Of a DNA stretch of 64,000 nt, positions 57,139 to 64,000 are shown one piece after another. Every line of letters begins with the position of its first letter. The first letter of the stretch is position 1. The DNA is from Eledone cirrhosa (Eukaryota), in assembly GCA_964016885.1 (NCBI GenBank), contig OZ024743.1, positions 118,668,001-118,732,000 on the forward strand, given 5' to 3'. Made by a program: the position numbers and the translations under genes. Below the pieces are notes generated by a model. It searched no databases, was not told where the DNA came from, and saw only the letters and a program-made list of their open reading frames with translations.

Positions 57139-57620
57139 TCATTCAAACCCTTTGTCCTTGAGTTTAAAAACGAATTTTACCCGTAAAATCTGTCCAGCGA
57201 TTCTTTCCTCAGACATTCTAACTACATGCCCATAGTATCGGAGCTGTGATATCTCAATTCGGAGAAGTAGCGATTCTATCTGGAGTGACTCTCTGTCCCC
57301 CGAACTACAAACTCTATCGAGTAAATTTATTCCAAAGACCCTTCGGATGAACCCCTTTTTGGGTGCTTGCATTCCCGATGGTATTCTTCCTGCCATTACC
57401 CAAAATTCATGACCATAGGTAAGGGTTGGCACGAATACGAAATTGTAGATTGCAAGATAGGCTTTTACACCTACCTCCCTACTTCTGATTACCGAATGCT
57501 GAAGCTGGCGCATTACTATACAAGTTCCTGCAATTCTTGCACTTAATTCAGCCTCCTGCTTTCCATTACTCGTGAACACGGCCCCAACATACTTGAACCT
57601 GCTACAGTGGAACTCCATTT
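57139..57620 (-). pseudogene. RTE-like LINE C-terminal fragment
   Basis: FKYVGAVFTSNGK...ELSARI, PTLTYGHEFW and QLRYYGHVVRMSEERI. Confidence 0.8.
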
Positions 57621-57673
57621 ACATTATTTTTAGTGCATAGGAAGATTATTTATGTGTTTGTGGTTGTGTTTGT

Positions 57674-57771
<98 letters not shown>

Positions 57772-57979
57772 GGTTAGCCCCTTGTCCCTTTCCCCACATG
57801 CAGTCATGTGGTAACAATAATAGTGAAAATATTAGTTATAATAGTTCCATTGCCAAAACGAACAAGTATGTTAGGTGTGTGTGTGCGTGTACGTGTGTGT
57901 GTGGATAATACTTCGCAAATGTTTCTCACTAGAACCTTTTCAGACGTGGTTTGTATTTTTGAATGAAGATATTTTCTTC

Positions 57980-58810
57980 ATTTATTCGTGTTTGGTCTAT
58001 GGTATTGTCTGGTCAAAGGTAAAGAAGAAATATTCGGAACATACGTCTAAATGTCAACCAAGTGATATTTGTCTTGTGACGAGGTCTTATAATTGATAGT
58101 GATGAATTGCCATTCTGTTTCTGATGATGAGTAATTTTCGTTCCATTCTTTACATCTAGTAGCAAATATTAATTTTTTTGATAAAAGGTAAAATGATTTA
58201 AAAAAAAAACGTTTGTCCTTCAATGATGTTTGGTCAAATTCCACAATTAGGGTGACAACAGTTTTTGACAGTTGGAGTTGGGTTTGTGGTGCGTAACTTG
58301 GCGTGAGTGAGCAGATTTTTTGTTTTTGATTATTTTATGCGTTTCGAGTGTTTTTTTTTTTTCATTTTTGGGTCTTGTCTTAATAGTGCGACGTTCTTGT
58401 AGATAATATTGTATGCCTCTGTATTTATTGGGGAAGGATAGAGTGATGGATGCAACTGAATTTATTTTCTTTTTTCGTAATTCTTGAATAGCTATTGATT
58501 TGGTACGTTCTATTCCGTTATCTGTTAATATTGATGGGTACTCTGTTTCATGTAAAATTTCTTTTAATTTTTGGTGACTTTTATTCCGGGTTTAAATAAT
58601 TTGAAACTATTGTGCAAATATCAGTTTTTTGTATGTTTTAGATGGTTTGAAGTGACGAGCATGTGATGATTAGAAACTGTTTGTTTGTCTGGGATATCAG
58701 ATTCAATGTTTATGTCTTTTTTATTATTATCATAATGTCTAGGTATGGAAGCTGCTCTTGAATATAATTGATTGTGAATTGGACTTTATTATTGAAGCTG
58801 TTAAGTAGCG
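57980..58810 (-). pseudogene. Decayed PLE RT/linker remnant (Neptune-like)
   Basis: Minus strand: LNSFNIKVQFT...LPYLD, SNHLKHTK, EYPSILTDNGIER and CHPNCGI. Confidence 0.55.
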
Positions 58811-59902
58811 TCTTGCGTTGGTCTAATGTGTGCAGAATCTGAATTTTTTCTAATGTGTGCTGAAGTGAATTTTCCACTTTACGCTCTTAGTTGCGTTCTC
58901 TTTCGCACCTTTAACATCGCTTCTATACGTATACGAGGCCGCTGAAACAAGTAACATATTCAATACTACAATCTATATCATCGGCTAAAAATAGTAAAGG
59001 TTATGTCCCAAACGCTGCCCCATGACAGAAAATAAACAAAAACACACAAACATATGTATATACAAATATATGCGATTAATTTACATCTGCATAAAGGTAT
59101 ATATGAATTTAAACATTGAGTATATAGACGTAATATCATTCCAAATATACGTGTTTTGTTGCACGATCAGCAAAGTAAGTGGAATCCGATTATGAAGGGT
59201 ATAATCCAGAGAGTATTAGTAATAAACCTTCACGTAAACAAATCGTACTGGTCGTATGAATGCAGAATTAGGAGTGCATAGACATTAATTGACGAATAGC
59301 CAAGGTGAAAGAGTTCAGATATTTTTCTAACACGTTTTTTTACCAGAATGAATGGTAAAATAAAAGGGAGAAATAAAAATGGTGAATAACCTTGCTCAAG
59401 TTCTAGTATAAATATACAGATACGTGTCAAATTCGAACTAATCAACCGCTGAGGATATACATTTATGAGTACATGTAGAGTGATCAAGCGCAAAAAATAA
59501 CTGCAATTACATTCAGTTATAAAAAAGCTTAAAAGTTCAAAGCTCCAAGCTTTACACACAGCGTTTGAGTACACTTTTGAAATGTGTTTGATTCAGCTCC
59601 TTAATATAGATGCCAGAATGTTGACAGAGGTCCCTTAGCTCAATGGTGAGAGCATCTATTTTGGTAGAATGTCGGTCCGTATGAATAAACAGACAAATAG
59701 AGCAAGACCTCATGACATAGTTCTTAGTATAGCTCTATTGTTTGTGAAGTCAAAGTTGTACTGTTGTACAAAATATTTCGAAATAGCAAAAACAAAACAA
59801 AAAACTTGTATTATGAAATTTGGGATATGAATAACATTTTATCAATTACTTTTCAATATATCTTGGACACACGCACACACATGCACACACACACACACAC
59901 AC

Positions 59903-59933
<31 letters not shown>

Positions 59934-60443
59934 TGTATGTATGTATGTATGTATGTATGTATGTATGTATGTATGTGTGTGTGTATGTATGTATGTATGA
60001 ATGTATGTATGTATGTATGTATGTATGTATGTGTGTATGTGTGTATGTATGTATGTATGTATGTATGTATGTATGTATGTATGTATGTATAGGTGTGTGT
60101 GTTTTAGTTACAACTTATTAATTCATCTGTAGGCACACCCATTACCAAGTACTCTCTGGAGAAAAATCTTGATTTCACTGCCGCCAAATCTAGCGTCTGC
60201 AACATGGATATAACATGAAAACATATATAGATGCACAGATACGTATACACACTCACTCACACATACACGCAAACGTGCGCGTATTTAAATATATATATAT
60301 ACATATATATATAATATATATATATACATATATAAATATATATATAATATATATATATACATATATAAATATATATATAATATATATATATACATATATA
60401 AATATATATATAATATATATATTTACATATATAAATATATATA

Positions 60444-60493
<50 letters not shown>

Positions 60494-60536
60494 CATATAT
60501 ATATATACAATATATATATATATATATATATAATAC

Positions 60537-60591
<55 letters not shown>

Positions 60592-60653
60592 ATATATATA
60601 TATATATATAATATATAAATATATATATATATATAATATATAAATATATATAT

Positions 60654-60700
<47 letters not shown>

Positions 60701-60738
60701 ATATATATATATATATATATAATATATATATATATATT

Positions 60739-60772
<34 letters not shown>

Positions 60773-60926
60773 ATATATATATATATATTTATATATAATA
60801 TATATATATATATATTTATATATAATATATATATATATATATATATGCATATATTTAAATATATACATACATATATATATTTATATATATAAATATATTT
60901 AAATATATACATACATATATATATAA

Positions 60927-61006
<80 letters not shown>

Positions 61007-61190
61007 TTGTGGGTAGGTATGTGCGTGTGTATGTTTGAGTATGTATATGTAAAGAGTAATAAATTCAGATACAAAAAAAGAGAAAGTAATGAGTAATACA
61101 TTCAGACATTTCAAAATATATTGAGGTTTTAAAGGAATTTTTCAATATACAACGACAAACATTGTCCTCAGACACGCACACTCACATATT

Positions 61191-61236
<46 letters not shown>

Positions 61237-61295
61237 CACGCATGCGTGTGTGTGTGTGTGTTATGGGGGTGTACATATATATGTATATATATATG

Positions 61296-61661
<366 letters not shown>

Positions 61662-61964
61662 TATACATATATAGTAAAAAAGAAAAAAAAAACAGTAGAA
61701 AATGCTAAAGGGATTTTCTCTCAGAATAACATCAAAACAGTTATCCTACAAAATAAGAATTTCCACATTAATTGTACCGGTTTCAGCTTATATGCTTTTT
61801 CAACGACGGAAGTGTATAATGCAATTAAATTGTATGTTCATAAGAATAATAAGAAAATAGGGGAAAATGTTGTTTTTACATACATATGTAGGGAGAAGTG
61901 TTCACATTTTTGTTTGTAGTTTCTCTCTTAGTGTTGACCTTAGCATCACCACCAGTGGTAGTAG

Positions 61965-61999
<35 letters not shown>

Positions 62000-62011
62000 G
62001 AGAGAGTGAGT

Positions 62012-62090
<79 letters not shown>

Positions 62091-63623
62091 ACATGTATGT
62101 GTGTTTGTATGTTTGAGATAGACTGATTAGGTTGTGGAGGCAGAATTTTATATATAGAATGGGAGATGCTGAGAGAGAATGAAGTGGAAAAGTAAGAGAC
62201 AATTACAGAAATGATTGCAGAAATATTGAAAAAATGGTAAAAGAAGGGAAATCCTCAGGTCAACTTTAATTGAGCAGACATACGATGAAAGTCGCCCCAG
62301 TATTAATTCTTCTTTCAACTGAACGCATGTTTTTCAAATCGAAATCATATAAGAATTAAGTTATCTTTCAATAATTAGTTTTAATTAAATAACAAGAAAG
62401 TTAAACAGCACAGATGAAAACTCCATACAACGATGATTATACAAACGTTCAGCTTCATGAAAACCTAATAATACGGGAAGAGTATTTAATAAAGAAATTA
62501 ATATTTCTGACTGTCCTGTTTTACTTAGACCAAAGTTCCCACATCTTGAGACTCATAGCGCAGATAGGGCAATTCAGCCTTACCTATTACCACCCATTCT
62601 TCAATTCCTTGTTAACGAGTCGTACAGCGTGTACAACTCATTTTAGGTCTTCCTCGCTTACCTTTGCCTCCGGCTACCTAACGCAAAATTTGGTTGGCTG
62701 GTCCTGTTTCCAGCAGTATAAAATGTTGTCCTGTTTTAAAAATATCGGTTTGTGATCAGACTTAGGCGAGAATAGGTGCCACCAAGTTCATTCGCTCTCG
62801 ACATGCTGTGTCATGATAGTGCTCCTACATCAGGAGTTGAAAGCTTAAGGCAGGCGACACACATATGTACTAGTTTTCACAATTTGGTTAGGGGGACTGT
62901 TTGATTATATCACTATAGAATATTTGACTTGTAGTTATTTGATTGATCTTGAAGCGAAAAGAGCATAAACCAACTTAGAATGGAAAGCAATTACCTTCTT
63001 CGTTTCTCTGCTACTAGGAGACAACTTCTTTTTATGTATGCAACTTGTACTCTCGGTCGCTTCACGCCATGAAACCGGGATAAGCACCGGCTAGATTAGC
63101 CTTTTGGCTTAAGACAGACTTTAGACTTTTTACACGTATATATGTACGTGCTACAAAGGATGATATATGGGGAGGTGGTAAAGCTACCTATACATATACA
63201 CATGGGAAGTATAGTATGTAAAAGGTAAATTTTGAGATGAGAATTTGTTGGTTGATGGTACAGTGTCGCTAATAGAGTGGTATACTAGGTGAGAGGTGTG
63301 TGTGGGTGCGGAGTGTCTTTGGAGGTAGGTTCCCGTGGAAGGTGCTGGTGTTTGGGCTCAGTGTAGGATACGGCTTAGTCCAGATACAGGTAACTGCGCG
63401 GGCTTAAATGCCGAGTGGTTTGTGTTCCAGCGCTTGGTAGGTGTGCAGTATTAACATCCACAATCGATTGTCAGTGTCTGTTTACATATATTACTTCCCA
63501 TGTGTATATGAACATGTAGCTTTACCACCCCCTTTCCCTGATTAGTGTCTGTACATATGCGCGTGCATGCATATGATACATGTAGTCGCGTGTGTGTGTA
63601 TATACCTATATATATATATATAT

Positions 63624-63747
63624 AACGGAGGAAATGTGGTAAGGAACCAGGTGGACCATAACGCACCAAAGTACTCAATACTTAGGGTAGTAGAGTAGAA
63701 TTAGCCGTCGAAACGGCTTGAGCTCAGCCGTCGGGGTCCTACTCGTT

Positions 63748-63750
<3 letters not shown>
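63624..63750 (-). mobile_element. Family H element with twin-priming-like inversion
   Basis: Reverse-complemented tail (63624-63696) is joined to the forward 5' part (63697-63750), with ~7 nt lost at the breakpoint. Confidence 0.8.
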
Positions 63751-63843
<93 letters not shown>

Positions 63844-64000
63844 TGTTAAATGACTATGTATATATGCGTACACGCAGGTATGTGAATGTGCATGTATGTG
63901 TATGTGTGCATGTACGAATATGTTTGTTCCTGTGTGAGTATACTATACCCAATCATCTATTCACCAACTCATTTATTTACTCTAAATTTTACCTCATCCC

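Noticed and set aside
59629-59680. tRNA-like 5' half GGTCCCTTAGCTCAATGGTGAGAGCA
   Set aside because: No T-arm/B-box or acceptor 3' strand. At best a SINE or tRNA relic.

Overview
Eukaryotic, very AT-rich, microsatellite-saturated DNA with no intact host gene that I can support. The SINE and repeat style suggests an octopus/cephalopod genome (inference). Nearly all long ORFs in the track are (TA)n/(CA)n/(GA)n artefacts. Recognisable content is mobile DNA: CRE-like and R4/Dong-like RLE retrotransposons, RTE and Tx1/L1 LINE remnants, mariner derivatives, a tRNA-derived SINE, and many Penelope-like element (PLE) pieces, including a ~3-kb near-perfect palindrome encoding RT-C-terminus/GIY-YIG. The main hidden signal is RNA-level. 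About 15 type I hammerhead ribozyme (HHR) motifs from roughly 8 unrelated families sit in short elements, most embedded in (TA)n tracts. Three are non-coding, structured, 'one unit plus a partial repeat' elements with periods of ~317, ~535 and ~597 nt, resembling retrozymes. Three HHRs carry the compensatory U3-A8 core (TTGATAA), and one family shows both C3-G8 and U3-A8. At least five unrelated families share an asymmetric inverted insertion geometry: a long arm with a 3' tail and a short inverted arm ending at an internal TA-like site. All structures were read by eye; none was computed.
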